Assembly (NCBI GenBank): GCA_030390025.1
Contig: CM059432.1
Span: forward strand, 88,414,001 to 88,478,000
Length of the DNA stretch: 64,000 nt
Source of the DNA: Squalus acanthias
Lineage: Eukaryota
Direction of reading: 5' to 3'
Shown: positions 25,186-39,100 of the stretch, piece after piece
How positions within the stretch are numbered: the stretch's first letter is position 1
Layout: every line of letters begins with the position of its first letter
Position numbers and translations under genes: made by a program
Notes under the pieces: generated by a model
Seen by the model: only the letters and a program-made list of their open reading frames with translations
Database searches by the model: none
What the model was told of the DNA's origin: nothing

Positions 25186-25486
25186 TTTATAACATATTAA
25201 GATAAACCTGGGGATTGAACCAAAGTTGGATTGCAGTCCCTACCAATTACTAATGAAGCTTTTGAAAGGGTGGGCATGATGCAATGGTTCCACTGACTGT
25301 CAAAAAATGCAACTTCCTAATGTTGGATATCCAATGCACTTGTGTCAACTGAGGTAGAATTAGTTGTCATTACTCTGTAATCTGTTCATGGGTCAGGCCT
25401 AATGTTAAGATCCTTATGATGTGCTGGGCAACTGTAATGATGTGATTTATATTATCAAGATAACATCTCGGAGTCATAAATATTAA

Positions 25487-25987
25487 GGGGTAAAAATTGT
25501 GTAGTGCCCCCTTTGGGGCGCTACCTTCGCTGGGGCGCTAATTTTAGCGCCCCGAAAAGGTTAGCGCCCCCGCGGCCGATTTTCCCAGGTATCGGGAGTG
25601 CCGGCAAATGAGCCCTGCACTCAAGGATTGCCGGGCTCACAGAGAGCAGCTGGCATCCCGCGGGGGGGCTTCATGGGGGCCGGGGACAGCAACAGGGGCA
25701 GGTGCTGACAGGTGGCCAGCAACAAAAATGGCCGCCTGCCACCTCCCCTTTAACTAGCACCGCCCCAGCCGCAGGTAGGCCCCCCTGACCCCGGCGGACA
25801 TAGCGTCCGGCGGTAAGTCGGGGGGCACCACCCAATGTTACAATGAATTTTGCGGGAGGCGTTAGCGGCGCCACGCCCAGGCACTAGTTGATTTGTGCCC
25901 CGTTAGCACCCTCTTCGGGGGTAGCGCCGCTAACGCCTCCCACGAAATTCAGCGGGAGGTTAGCGACGTCAACCGAATTTAGCCCCC
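25487..25987 (+). mobile_element. GC-rich Harbinger-type MITE, TAA TSD
   Basis: taa|GGGGTAAAAATT...AATTTAGCCCCC|taa; interior highly similar to 22341-23077, with deletions. Confidence 0.9.
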
Positions 25988-26320
25988 TAAGTCTACTATA
26001 TTATCATACATTGGCGATGAGGAGGTGGCTTTATGCATCCTGACTACCCATGAGAACAACATATTTAGTTGAGAGTAAGAAAGCTCTTTGGTGGAAGAAA
26101 TTGATTTGGGCCAATAGCTGTTGTCTGAGTAAAGACAAAGGCTGGAGAGATATTCCACAACTTTTAGCAGCAGATTTCAGGAAAATCTAGCAACACATGG
26201 CAGTTTCTTCACATAGTAGAGATGGGCTTGGAGAACTGGGAAATAACACATGTAGGGAAAGAAGTGGAGGTGGTGCTACATTTTGGTCCTTCAAAGGACA
26301 GGGCACAGGGGAGGCATTAG

Positions 26321-26521
26321 GGCCGTGCAATTGCACAGGATCCTGAGTGGATCCAGACCCCGTAGCCGGCTGCCACTGGCAGCATTGGCCAGTCCAGGCA
26401 GGCTGAGGTCTCAGCCTAACGCACTCCGTTTCTGCATGACTTGTCTGTATGGACCTTCCCCCAGCATCGGTGAAGTCAGGTGCCGCGTTAGGGCCTTGCA
26501 ACCCTGTGTAATTGCACAGTC
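26321..26521. mobile_element. Small TIR element
   Basis: GGCCGTGCAATTGCACAGG ... CCTGTGTAATTGCACAGTC (19-bp imperfect TIR). Confidence 0.55.
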
Positions 26522-28816
26522 AGGTGCCCCAAGCGGATCCAGTGCCCAAACATTTGCAAAGGACTCCCACAAGGCAAATGCTGCCCCTGCCTGGGCATCG
26601 CATGGTGCTCATTCCACAAAAGATAATTCTACGTAGATTACAGAAAATTAGTTGATGAGTTCTTTATGCCTCACATGGGGGATATATTTTTGAAGTTCAA
26701 AAGTGCTATGTATATCATGACTCTTGACCTGAGCAGATCTTGTTAAATGCTGAAGCCCAAATAAACAGAGTACTATACACCCATGAGGTAATATGACATT
26801 ATGTTCAGCCCTATATAATAATATCAGTCATTTCAATGAGTTTGGTAGCTAGAATACATTAAATCTAGTGAGCAGATTACTGCAAGTAGGGCAACTGTTA
26901 ATCACTTCTGTCATATGTCTGTGAGGATGGAGTATAGAGAAAAAATAGCTTCTGGATCACAGATCAGGAGGTCCATTCATGGGAATTTAAGGCCTTTGGA
27001 ACTATATTAAAATGAATAATTCCTACTGCAAATGTTAGCTACTTGAACGAGTTGACAAATCAGCAATATTTTATATAGTAACTTTTTGTCCCATGATTTT
27101 GGAGTTACATTGATGTAGCCAATTTTCAAACTATTTTATATTTAAAAAAAACACACACAGGAAGCTTGTGTGCAATTTAAAAAAAATAGATGCTTTCTGT
27201 TAATTTCCCTTTTTGTCAATCTCATACTTCTGACTGATAAAGAAAAGGGAGGAATCACACAGCATCAATGTTAATAAACCTGCTGTACATATCCTGGGTA
27301 GTGCAGTGTTAATGTCTGCCTGACAGTTGGGGTCTGTGGCAGTGGTTAGTGTGATGGAGTTCAGGCGCACTGTGCTTTGGGTGAATGAATGATTAGCTGG
27401 GCTGTGGTACAAATATTTGCAAACTGGCTGTTGTCCCTGCTATTTATAGAAATCTTAAGCAAGGGGAGTGGCTGGCAGAGTAGTTTAGAACATTATTATC
27501 CTTTTGCCTCTGGAGCCTGGAGCCTGGCCTTGAAGCGAGCCAGGATTGATAGGATAAAAGTCTCCTCTGGAGACTAAAGGGGACCTGAATGAAACGTGTT
27601 GGGGAGGCTCAACTATGTTCCCAATTGGCATGAGAGAGACCACATGGGCAGCTCCTGTGGGAATTAGAAATGTAGCATAAGTGTAGTATGTGTTCCCTTT
27701 GCAAGTTGGGCTTAAAGCAACTTGCTAGGACAGTGAAGCGAGTTTAACCTGATCTAAACTAAGAGTGTTCACATGTAACTTGCTGGAACTGACCACCTTC
27801 ATGAAATAAAGAATTCACCATCAAATATTTATGAATCAAAAAATAAAATCATGATCGATGCATCAACTAGTTATATTTTAATTAGGATTTTCTTATATAA
27901 AGTATTAATGATTAACAGAAGCACATTCAACTTAGTAGTCATAATTATTTGCCTAAAGCACCACTGACACCACAGAAATGCACAACTAAGCGAAATATCC
28001 ACAGGTAAATGGCACCTTCAGTTATGTACCAGTATACTTTGCATATCAATGCATTTATTTTTTCTCACTCCTTCCCCCCCCCCCCCCCCCCCGGCTCTCT
28101 TAAAGGCATTGCCTCCTTGTTGAAGTATGGTTCCATGGGCATTGATTACCTCTAGGGATCTTGTTCAAATGGTCTTTTTTCATATGTGAGCCAAGGCGGT
28201 GAGTGTTGCAAGGCTATTCGAACAGAAGGAGAGGTAGAATGCATCACAACCAAACAAAGTCCTTTGCTCACCTACACATTTTCACCTTGGTAGTGTTCAA
28301 GATTGGGAGCATTGGCCAGTTACTCCTTCCCAAACTCATGCAGTTCATCAGTTAGCTAAGCAGTCACAAACTCCACTACTCTCTAATCGAGGGAGCAGTT
28401 AGTAGGGTGCATACATAAAGTATATACAGAAGTTCATAACTCAAAGGGGGCTCCATTCCATTAGCTTTTTTATGGTCTCATCCACTTGAGGTGCTGCTTT
28501 TAATGTCTTGTTAACCTGAACCCCCCCCCCCACCAATACCTTTTCTCTTCCACATCACCCAGCTTTCCCTCATTCAAAGTGTAATTAACACTTTGGTCTT
28601 TTTTTTAACCGAAATATACCACATTTACTGACATTGAATTCCCTAGGGCACTTTTTACTCATTATGTCCATACTTGCCAACGATACTAATTCAGAAGGCA
28701 TATTAAATAATTCTGAGGACCAAAAGAAGCAGCAAGATATATTGATATGCCTCCTAACTTAGTATCATCTGCAAGTATGGACACCACTCTCTCTAGCCCT
28801 ATATCCAAAACATTGA

Positions 28817-29464
28817 TTTTTTCTTTATTTGTTCATGGGATGTGGGCGTCGCTGGCAAGGCCAGCATTTGTTGCCCTTGAGAAGGTGGTGGTGAGCAGCC
28901 TTCTTGAACCGCTGCAGTCCGTGTGGTGACGGTAATCCCACAGTGCTGTTCGGGAGGGAGGTCCAGGATTTTGACCCAGCGATGATGAAGGAACGCCGAT
29001 ATACTTCCAAGTCAGGATGGTGTGTGACTTGGAGGGGAACTTGGAGGTGGTGGTGTTCCCATGTGCCTGCTGCCCTTGTTCTTCTAGGTGGTAGAAGTCG
29101 TGGGGTTGGGAGGTGCTGCCGAAGAAGCCTTGGCGAGTTGCTGCAGTGCATCTTGTAGATGGTACACACTGCAGCCACGGTACGCCGGTGGTGGAGGGAG
29201 TTAATGTTTAAGGTGGTGGATGGGGTGTCAATCAAGCGGGCTGCATTGTCTTGGATGGTGTCGAGCTTCTTGAGTGTTGTTGGAGTTGCACTCATCCAGG
29301 CAAGTGGAGAGTTTTCCATCACACTCCTGACTTGTGCCTTGTAGATGGTGGAAAGGCTTTGGGGAGCCAGGAGGTGAGATGCTCGCCACAGAATACGCAA
29401 CCTCTGACCTGCTCTTGTTGCCACAGTATTTGGCTGGTTCAGTTAAGTTTCTGGTCAATGGTAA
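28817..29464 (-). mobile_element. 3' fragment of the tRNA-headed LINE family
   Basis: ORF 28825-29424(-) [41 protein letters not shown]; same tail as the 59183 copy. Confidence 0.9.
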
Positions 29465-30559
29465 TTTAAATGAAAGAATGACAAACTGTTTTCTGATTGG
29501 AGGACCAGGCCCACATGATCCCAGGTGCGCTTCCACACAGGCTGCGTCCCCGGGATCCGTGGGCCATTACGCTGCCCTCCTACTCGCAGCGTCAGAGCGC
29601 AAGTTTACGAAGAAGGGCTGCCATTAGGTAGCTGCATATTCTTTTCACAGGTCGGCAAAGTACTCCAGAGGTACGCTGCCGACCGCAATTTTTGGCCCAT
29701 TGTTTTTGTGTTCAGAAGGCAGTTGAGCTTTAAGGGCTAGAGACTGCCTATTTTTCTTTCAAAAATGACAGCCTTGCTTTAAGAGAGTGCAGCCTCGCTC
29801 CAGCGACACTACAGCGACGTGACACTGGGCCTCCTGCTGAGCACACAGCCTGAAGCAACACGTTCATCGCTGGGCTGTGCGCTAAAATCATTCAAATCAG
29901 CAGGCAGCACCAAAATAACGTGTTGCCTGCGCTTTCCAAATGGTCGCGAGCAAATCTTGCCCCGCGGTGCCACCGCCCATTTTCAGGCCTTATAGAATTT
30001 CTAAGTTGCAGAGCCTAAACCAGGAAGTGCAAGTTAGAATATTTAATTCAATGCCAAATCATGTACAGAAAGTAAAATAAAGAGAGAGAAAGAAAGATGG
30101 GATTAAGAGAGGGAGATAAGAGACAGTAAGAAAGGGGAAAAAAAATTAATCCTATAAAATCTGCAACAATAATTAAAATCTGAAGGAATGAGACTCCACG
30201 CTTTTAAAAGTAAATTTCCAGTGCCAGAGAGGTTGTTTGGCAGTAATTAAGACTTATTGCACTGTTAAAAATTCATTTACACTTGAATGCACCAGCCCTA
30301 ACTGTTTCTGATGAGTTTAGTGGGTATCTAATAGGTAAGTACCACAACTTCATGCCATTCCATGTGTTTCAATGCCGAGTCTCTCGGCGAGATACTGTTA
30401 TAGCGAAGTTTCTGGAGGAGCAGGGCAACTCGACAGCAACTTCCTGATTTCCACGTTTAACTGTGCATGTGCGGTCACTGGAAGTTGCTGTCTGATTTAC
30501 TTCTGAATAATGGTGAGCGCTGATAGTTTCACCATTATTTCTACTGCAAAATCTGGGCC
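29465..30559. mobile_element. Cluster of non-autonomous DNA-element pieces
   Basis: GC-rich segments ending AATTTTTGGCCC (~29698); ~30000-30559 is homologous to 2604-3221 and ends GCAAAATCTGGGCC. Confidence 0.6.
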
Positions 30560-32459
30560 ATAGTGTTTTCCATTGTAATATGTTCGCATATGCTTTTTCC
30601 AGTATAAAGGCATGGCACAGGAAGTAAGATTAATACGTACAAGAAGTGTGTGCTATATGTAAGATGTTTAACATATATGTGAGAGAGAGATTGATAAAAA
30701 AAGATAGGTAGATCCCTTACAATCTGTCTTTGTGCAGAAAATGAAGTGTTAATTGCCCAAAAGCCAACCAAAGTGCCTGACTCTGGAAATGTCCTCCTAT
30801 GATTGCTTGCGTAGACCTTTTGGGATATAAATTGAGGGTATTGACCGCACAGTCAGATAGAAGCCTCTTGCTGCAGGTCTTTGTGGATCAGGTGGCCTGT
30901 CTCAGTCAGTCTCCTTGCTGAGCTGAGACTCACCATGCACAGCTGCTTAGTCATGGCCGGGTGGCTGACTCTATTGAAGTAAATATGCTGCCTACAGTGT
31001 TTGTTCTGTGAGTTGTGTGTCACTGATGGCCTTTACCCTCTTGATCGGTCCTCTCCTCTTGCTGCTACACCAAGATACCACCAATGGCCTTTGCACCTGT
31101 TCCAGATAACTCCTTTAAGCTGGTTAAATCTGGGTGTCACCTGGAGTTCAATACTTATAATTCCTTTATAACTAAACTCTTCCCCCTTTTAAAACTCTGT
31201 AGAAGTTTCTCCTGATTGACCTTGAATAAGGCCTTAACAGGTAACAATCTGTTTTTGTTTTTCACTAATTTTCCTGAATTAATTTTGAATAGGAACAATT
31301 CTCACAGCAGAGCTAAAGAAAGACAAATGGTCCAATCTATTAGTGTTGCACCACTTTTACGCACATCTCTACTGTGAAGAGAAGAAAATATGATCCTATA
31401 ATGCCAAATCAGATTTTTACTGCTCGTGTCTGATTCAAGCAGATTATATCCCAGCATGATGAAGTGGGATACTCTCTTGGAATTTATTTTTTCATGAATG
31501 TAACCTTGTAGATAAGATTAGATTTTTTTCAGAATATCAGTTGCTTTTAAAATTATTGGAGGCAGGGGGCAGAACATTGAATGCTGAACGAGTACAGATT
31601 TAATAGTTGTAGAGATAAGATATATGAAGCTTTCTTGGTTCCTTTTAATGGTGTAATGCAAAATCAGATAAGACTTGGTAGATTGTGACTATTATCTATG
31701 TTTTCTGAAGAAAGCATTTTTCACTATCTTCAATATGAGCTGTGTAAAGTATTTTATAGTTCTTCAGTTGGAATTGTGTTTACTTTCCAAGTTCAGCTGC
31801 ATAAGCAACATTCAGTGATATCCAGCGTACAATAACAAAGCAGGTTTATAGTTTTTGGCACTATTGTGATTTTATTTTTCAAATGTAGTTTAGAACAAAT
31901 CATAAAACAGAAATTGACAGAGAATAATTCATGAGGGGACCTCAGCCAGTATAGAACTGATGAAGTCACGTGTGCTGTTCCCGATTGTGCCCAGTATGTA
32001 TAACTGCTTCATGTTCATAGAGAATATTTATACAGTAAAAGTGCTAAGGAAACTATATAAAAGATATGCAGATGTCCCCTCTGTGTGTAGAATAATGTAC
32101 AGTTTGGAGTTTGTTATAAAGTAGGGGTTGAGATGATGCCATAGACTACAAAAGTGAACCTCAAGTAGTTTATCACTATCATCCAAAGATCAATGTATTC
32201 CTGCTTTAGAACACACTCTCGAGTGTGCTAATTCATTATAATAGAGAGAAATATTGCGGCTTCTTACCTTTTTTCTATTTTTAACTTACTCTGTGGAACT
32301 TTGTGACATTCCAGCAATGGTTATCAAACTATCAAACACAGAGCATCATTTAATATAATAAGTGAAGAGGACATTCAGCACTTTCATTGTATATAGAAGG
32401 CATTTGCCTTATTTTGTATCCTAATTTAAATGATAATGTTGGTACATCTTCTGAGGATT

Positions 32460-33011
32460 CGCACAGTCTAATAGGTCAAGTTTTGTTGCATTAAATCTAG
32501 CCTCATTCTGTTTTCCGTTGACTTTGCAAATAAATATAATTAGCAGTAATTGCCAAAGTTGAACAAACAGCCACAACATTTACTGGTAACAATTGAAAAA
32601 TTAAGTCCAATACACTTGATCAATATTGATATCTTCCCTTTACACTTCATTTATGTTTCAGTGTAACTATATTTTTATGTAGCAAAGTCCTCTTTAGAGC
32701 GCTTAATGTAATTAGAAAGCCAATAGCTATTGCTGACTTTCAATGTCAAATGATAAAGCACACACTAAAATCCCATGGAAATCATAACCTCAGTTGGGTA
32801 CTCTTGGTCCAGAAGCCACAGCTAACATAACTGTGCAGAATGAGTCCATGTCTTCAAGGACTCCTCCCATTCCACCACATAAAGTTATACAAGCTGATCA
32901 CGTAGTTTATTGTGGGCAGCATTTCAAAATTCTGAATGTGTAAAAGACAATCTAGTGGATAGTGCTGTCGGATAGTGGGACGTATAAGACATAGCTGTGT
33001 GTACATTCATA
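32460..33011 (+). promoter_or_regulatory. Putative proximal promoter/5'UTR of HNF4G exon 1
   Basis: Directly upstream of the ATG and repeat-free. HNF4-type motifs TGACTTTG (32519-32526) and CAAAGTCC (32683-32690), FOXA-like GCAAATA (32526-32532), CCAAT (32720), GATA TGATAA (32751). Motif match only. Confidence 0.55.
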
Positions 33012-33126
33012 ATGAGGCTGTCTGAATCGTTCTTGGATATGGACATGGCAAATTATAGTGAAGCTTTAGACCCATCTTACACTGCTTTGGAGTTTGAAAA
33101 TATGCAATTGCTGTACAGTGCCCATG
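33012..33126 (+). CDS. HNF4G: HNF4G coding exon 1 (AF-1 region)
   Basis: ATG at 33012 gives [38 protein letters not shown] + G, then donor gtaagt; too short for the ORF track. Confidence 0.92.
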
Positions 33127-36100
33127 GTAAGTTACAGTAGTTGGTTGATAATGCATTGCTTAGTTATGAAGATCAGTAGGTTGAAGTAATGTGAAGAACC
33201 AAAAGTAAATTGTATAAAGAATTGTTGAACTTAAAATAAGTTTTACTGTAGTTATGGTTAGGACTTCTCTATTGAGATTCTTTCTTTCACTCTTAATAAG
33301 TGACAGCATATTTGGCAGTGTTGTTGTGAATCTGGGTACTTTGTTTTTTAAATCATGTGCCACCCACTTGCAGACTGTCAATTAGTGTGTCAACAGCTTA
33401 AAGTAAAGTCAGCTGGAGTATTCCTTGCTTCATTTATTTCAATCCTATAATTTTTAGTCTTTTGACAACTTCAACAGAAAAAAGACTTAATGTACATTTC
33501 TGAGTTAAATGTCTTACTTAATTCATTTACTCAATTCATTTAATTTCATTGGAACAGGCATTCCAATCATTGAGCTTTTTTTTCCAGAGCTTAAAAATTG
33601 TACACAACCAGTTTTTGGACGAGATGAGAAGTGAAATTTATAAGAGGCTGGTGACCATGTTAATTAGATATCAAGCTAATGGTTACCTCGTCTCTTCACT
33701 GATTATTTAACCAGTGTAAAGCTTTTAACTATTGGTTATTCTTTTATGAGCTCAATACAGGATTAACTATGTACTTGTATGTACATCAATATTTATTTCA
33801 GATTATTTGTGGCATACTGGTTTATGTAACGTGAGCTTAGAAATTACTGTTGGTGATATTAGCAGATGACTGCTTAATACGTTTGTATAACATTCCTCAG
33901 TTCATTATTTAATGAACATATCATGCATCCCAACAGTAATTTCTGGGCTATGATGACTTAAACAATAGTTTCGATATTTGTCACATTGGCACTCTCAGAA
34001 TCTAATACTATTCAGGGTAAGTTTTAAGGAGGATTACTTTCTAAAACCTCCAAAGAAGGAGAGTTTCCCAACGCAAGTGGGAGAGTTAAGAGGAAGAGAT
34101 CAAATTGAAGTTATGAATGATTAAATTCTACAGACTAGTCCCACTTACATAGGAAATATTCCTAATGACTTTCAGATTGTGGTTCAGATGATATTATAGT
34201 CCTGCTACACTAGTTTATGTTTTGTCCTTGATATCATAGTGCTTAAGAGTAATTATTTGTTGGCAAATGTACAAGACTTGTCATTTAAGAAATCATTTAT
34301 GGTTACTTGTTAGAAGACAGCAGATATTTTTGTAACTGTGCCAATGTCAGTCTTAATCATTTCCATTTGAAAGCATGCCTAAAGTTCCACTGCTCCCTCT
34401 TCTGAGCATTAGAACTGAAAGAGAAAGTACATTGTTCCCTGTTTGGATTTGTATTAAATTACAAATTATAGTTTAATATAGTTTTGATTTCTCCATCCCT
34501 GAATCAGCCTTCTGAAACCATACGGAGATTATGTGATTTTGAATTTATGCAACTGGCCTGAAATTGACTAAGTACAACACTGCAAAATGATGCAAAACTA
34601 CTTTAAATAAACACATCCATTTCTAAAAGATGGCTGTTTTTACAGATTTTGATAGGTGTTTTATTGCATATAGTTGCCATATGTGATCAAAGAATAACTG
34701 TGATAGCAAAATTAATGTTCAAGTGAATTTTTAGATCCTTTTGCTTCTGACAGTACAAAGACACTCATCAGAATAATAAAGGCATTTGATGTGGCTCACT
34801 TTGTAGTGTAACATAACAGCACATACTAATTGAAATGGCAAGAGAGGATGACAGGTGTCTGTTAGTGAAGATTTTTCATGGCTTTGTAACTGCGCTGCCT
34901 GCTAAGTATAACTAAGTATGTTCTTTCCTCACTCAGACACTTCTCCAACAGAGACAAACACCATGAACACATCAGACAATAGTATTAGCACTTTGTGTGC
35001 AATCTGTGGGGACAGAGCAACAGGAAAACACTATGGTGCCTCCAGTTGTGATGGATGCAAGGGTTTCTTCAGGCGAAGCATAAGGAAGAGCCATGTATAC
35101 TCCTGCAGGTACACCACTTCGATCTCCTGCTTATACCGTATTGACATTGCCAAGTGACCCAGAGTAAAAATGTGAACAAGCAATCATCAGTTTTACTAAA
35201 GAATCCCTTCTGCTTGTGTTTTGGTTCTGAAGTAGTCTCAATGATGAGAGCTGGCAGTGTAGCAATTATTGTAGTAAACCAAATCTACAGTTTTAGGACC
35301 GAAAACAATCTTCAAGATTATTCTTAATTTATTCACAGCATTTTGTTTGGATTAGTTTTCATGGTATAAAGATGTTTTGTTTCAAACATTACTGATTACT
35401 TACAAATAAGGTTTATTTTAATCTTATTGCTTAACTTTTGGATAGGTGGAAATTTTTGGGTGTGTAGCTGAACCATACAGACCAAGAAAGTTGTAGCTTC
35501 AATCTGTAGTCTATGCAGGATGGCACTTGTCTTTAGGGTAGGCAAATGAAAAAAGTTGGCCAGCGTTCCTGGTTCTGATAGTGCCCAGTGTCCCCTACTG
35601 GAAAGCTGTATGTGTTGATGTTGAGTGGAGATAGGATCAGGCTCAGCTGAGATTGGGCCCATGCTCCATATATAGGTTGCTGACACTCACTGTCTAGGCT
35701 CCACATGAAGAATGGTTGATATAGTGAGCTACTACTGCAATTCAGGGTAGAATATGGGACTGGATAAGAAACTGGTAAAAAAAACCTAACAGTACTCATG
35801 AGAAATGTACATACAACGACAACAAAAACAACTTGTATTTATATAGCGCCTTTAACGTAGTAAAACATTCCAAGTTGCTTCACAGGAGAGATAGCGAACA
35901 AAATTTGACACCGAGCCACATAATGAGATATTCGGGCAGATGACCAAATGCTTGGTCAAAGAGCTAGGTTTTAAGGAGAGTCTTAAAGGCGGAAAGAGAG
36001 GTAGAGAGCTGGAGAGATATGAGAGGGAATTCCAGAGCTTAGGGCATAGGCAGCTGAAGGCACTGCTGCCAGTGGTGCAGCGATTATATTTGGGGTTGTG

Positions 36101-39100
36101 CAAGAAGCCAGAATTGGAGGAGCACAGATATCTCAGAGGGTTGTAGGGCTAGAGAAGGTTACAGAGATAGGAAGGGGCGAGGCCATAGAGGGATTTGAAA
36201 ACGAGGATAAGAATTATAAAATTGAAATGTTGCTTAACCGGGAGCCAATGTAGGTCAGCGAGCACAGGGGTGATGGATGAATGGGACTTGGTGCAAGTTA
36301 GGAGACGGGCAGCAGAGTTTTGGATGACCTCAAGCTTACGCAGGGTGGAAGATGGGAGACCGACTAGGAGTGCATTGGAATACTCAAGTCTAGAGGTAAC
36401 AAAGGCATGAATGAGGGTTTCAGTAGCAGATGAGCTGAGGCAGGGGCGGAGTTGGGTGATGTTATGGAGGTAGAAATAGGCGTTCTTAGTGATGGCATGG
36501 ATATGTGGTCAGAAGCTCATCTCAGGATCACATATGACACCAAGGTTGTAAACAAACTGGTTCAGTCTCAGACAGTTGCCAGGGAGAGGGATGGAGTCGG
36601 TGGCTAGGGAACGGAGTTTGTGGCAGGGTTTGAAGACAATGGCATTGGTCTTCCCAATATTTAGTTGAAGCAATTTTCTGCTCATCCAGCACTGGATGTC
36701 AGACAAGCAGTTAAACAATTTAGAGATAGTGGAGAGATTGAGAGAGGTGGTGGTGGGGTAGAGCTGGGTGTCGTCAGATACATGTGGAAACTGCCGCTGT
36801 GTTTTTGGATGATGTCGCCGAGGGTCAGCATGTAGATGAGAAATAGGAGTGGGCCAAGGATAGATCTTGGGGGCCACAAGACGTAACGGTGCAGGAGCGG
36901 GAAGAGAGGAAGTTACATGAATGCAAGAGGCCATTGGGTCCATCTGTCTGGTCCCAAAGTTTGAAAAAATACCATATACTATATAGCACTTTATCTCCTA
37001 CAATTCTGGGACAGGCTAGATAAACCCGTGAGTCTTTTCCAGGCTGTTATTTTCATATGTTCAATTCTTCCCTCTGCCAAATATCTATCTCACTCTTGAA
37101 TTTACCAGCACTATCTGTCTCCAGTGCCTCCCTGGGCAGTCTGTTCCAAACATCCACCACCCTCTGCATAAAACACTTAAATCTAAGATAGCTGTTCTGC
37201 TTCCTTTCGCTTGAGCTTGGATCTGTGTCCTCTTGTAGAGTTTGTGATTATGTTATACATATTATTCAGATTTACTTTATCTTTACCCCTTAGAATTCTG
37301 AATATATGGCTTTAAATCCCTTTTTCCCATTTGTAAACATTTCCAATTTCCAGAGACTCTCCTCAGAGTTTAGGTGCCCAATCTAGGGTATCAAGTTAGT
37401 TATCCTTCGCCAAAACCTCCCCAATCTTTGGATATTGTACAGTGACCATAATTGTACAATTTATTCTGAATTGGCTGAATAAGTGCTTTGTGCAAGCTAA
37501 ATGTAAATTCATCAGACTAGGGAAGGGGAGTAAGCAGTGGGAATAGGAACATAGGAACAGTAGTAGGCCATTCAGGCCCTCGAGCCTGTTCCGCCATTCA
37601 ATGAGATCATGGCTGATCTGCGACCTAACTCCATATACCCGCCTTTGCCTCATATACCTTAATGCCTTTGGTTAACAAAAAGCTATCAATCTCCGATTTA
37701 AAATTAACAATTGATCCAGCATCAATTGCCATTTGCGGAAGAGAGTTCCAAACTTCTACCAACCTTTTATGTGTAGAAGTGTTTCCTAATTTCACTCCTG
37801 TAAGGTCTGGCTCTAATTTTTAGACTATGCCCCCGAGTCCTAGATTCCCCAACCAGTGGAAATAGTTTCTCTCTATCTACCCTATCTGATCACCTTAATA
37901 TCTTGAAAACTTCAATCAAGTCACCCCTTACCCAAAGTGGATGACCTCACATTTGCCTACATTGAAATCCATTTGCCACAGTTTTGCCCATTCACTTAAT
38001 CTATCAATATCTCTTTGTAATTTTATGCTTTCATCTACACTGCCTACAATGCCGCCTATCTTTGTGTCATTGGCAAATTTGGATATATGACTTTCTATCC
38101 CATCATCTAAGTCAATAATAAATACTGTGAATAGTTGAGGCCCCAACACAGATCCCTGCAGGAAACCACTAATCACATCCTGCCAATTAGAGTACCTACC
38201 CATTATCCCTACTCTCTGTCTCCTGCCGCTCAGCTAATTTCCTAACCAGGTCAATAATTTGCCTTCTATTCCATGTGCTTCAACTTTAGTTAACAGTCTC
38301 TTATGAGGGACTTTATCAAATGCCTTCTGGAAGTCCATATAAATAACATCCATAGTCACTTCCCTGTCCACTACTTTCGTCACCTCTTCAAAAAATTCAA
38401 TTAGGTTCGTCAGACATGACCTTCCTTTTACAAATCCATGCTGGCTCTCGTTGATCAGCTGATCATTTTCAAGGTGTTCAGTCACCCTATCCTTAATTAT
38501 AGACTCTAGTAATTTCCCGACAACAGATGTCAGGCTAACTGGTCTATAATTCCCTGGTTTCTCCCTCTCACCATTCATAAATAGTGGAGTGACATGCACA
38601 ATTTTCCAATCTAAAGGAACAGTTCCTGAATCAAGAGAACTTTGGAAGATTATAGTTAGGCCATCTGCAATGTGCTCATCTACTTCCTTTAAACCCCTGG
38701 AATGGAAACCATCTGGTTTCTAGGGTTTTGTTACCCTTTAGTGCCATTATCAAGGTGATATAAACAGGCTAAGCGAGTGGGCAAGAACATGGCAAATGGA
38801 ATATAATGTGGAGAAATGTGAAGTTAATCACTTTTGTCGGAAAAATAGAAAAGCAGTGTATTTTTTAAATGGTGAGAGATTGGGAAATGTTGGTGTTCAG
38901 AGGGACCTGGGTGTCCTTGTACAAGAATCACTGAAAGTTAACATGCAGGTACAGCAAGCAATTAGGAAAGCAAATGGTATGTTGGCCTTTATTACAAGAG
39001 GATTTGAGTATAAGAGTAAAGACATCTTACTGCAATTATATAGGGCCCTGGTGAGACCACACCTGGAGTATTGTGTACAGTTTTGGTCTTCTTACCTAAG

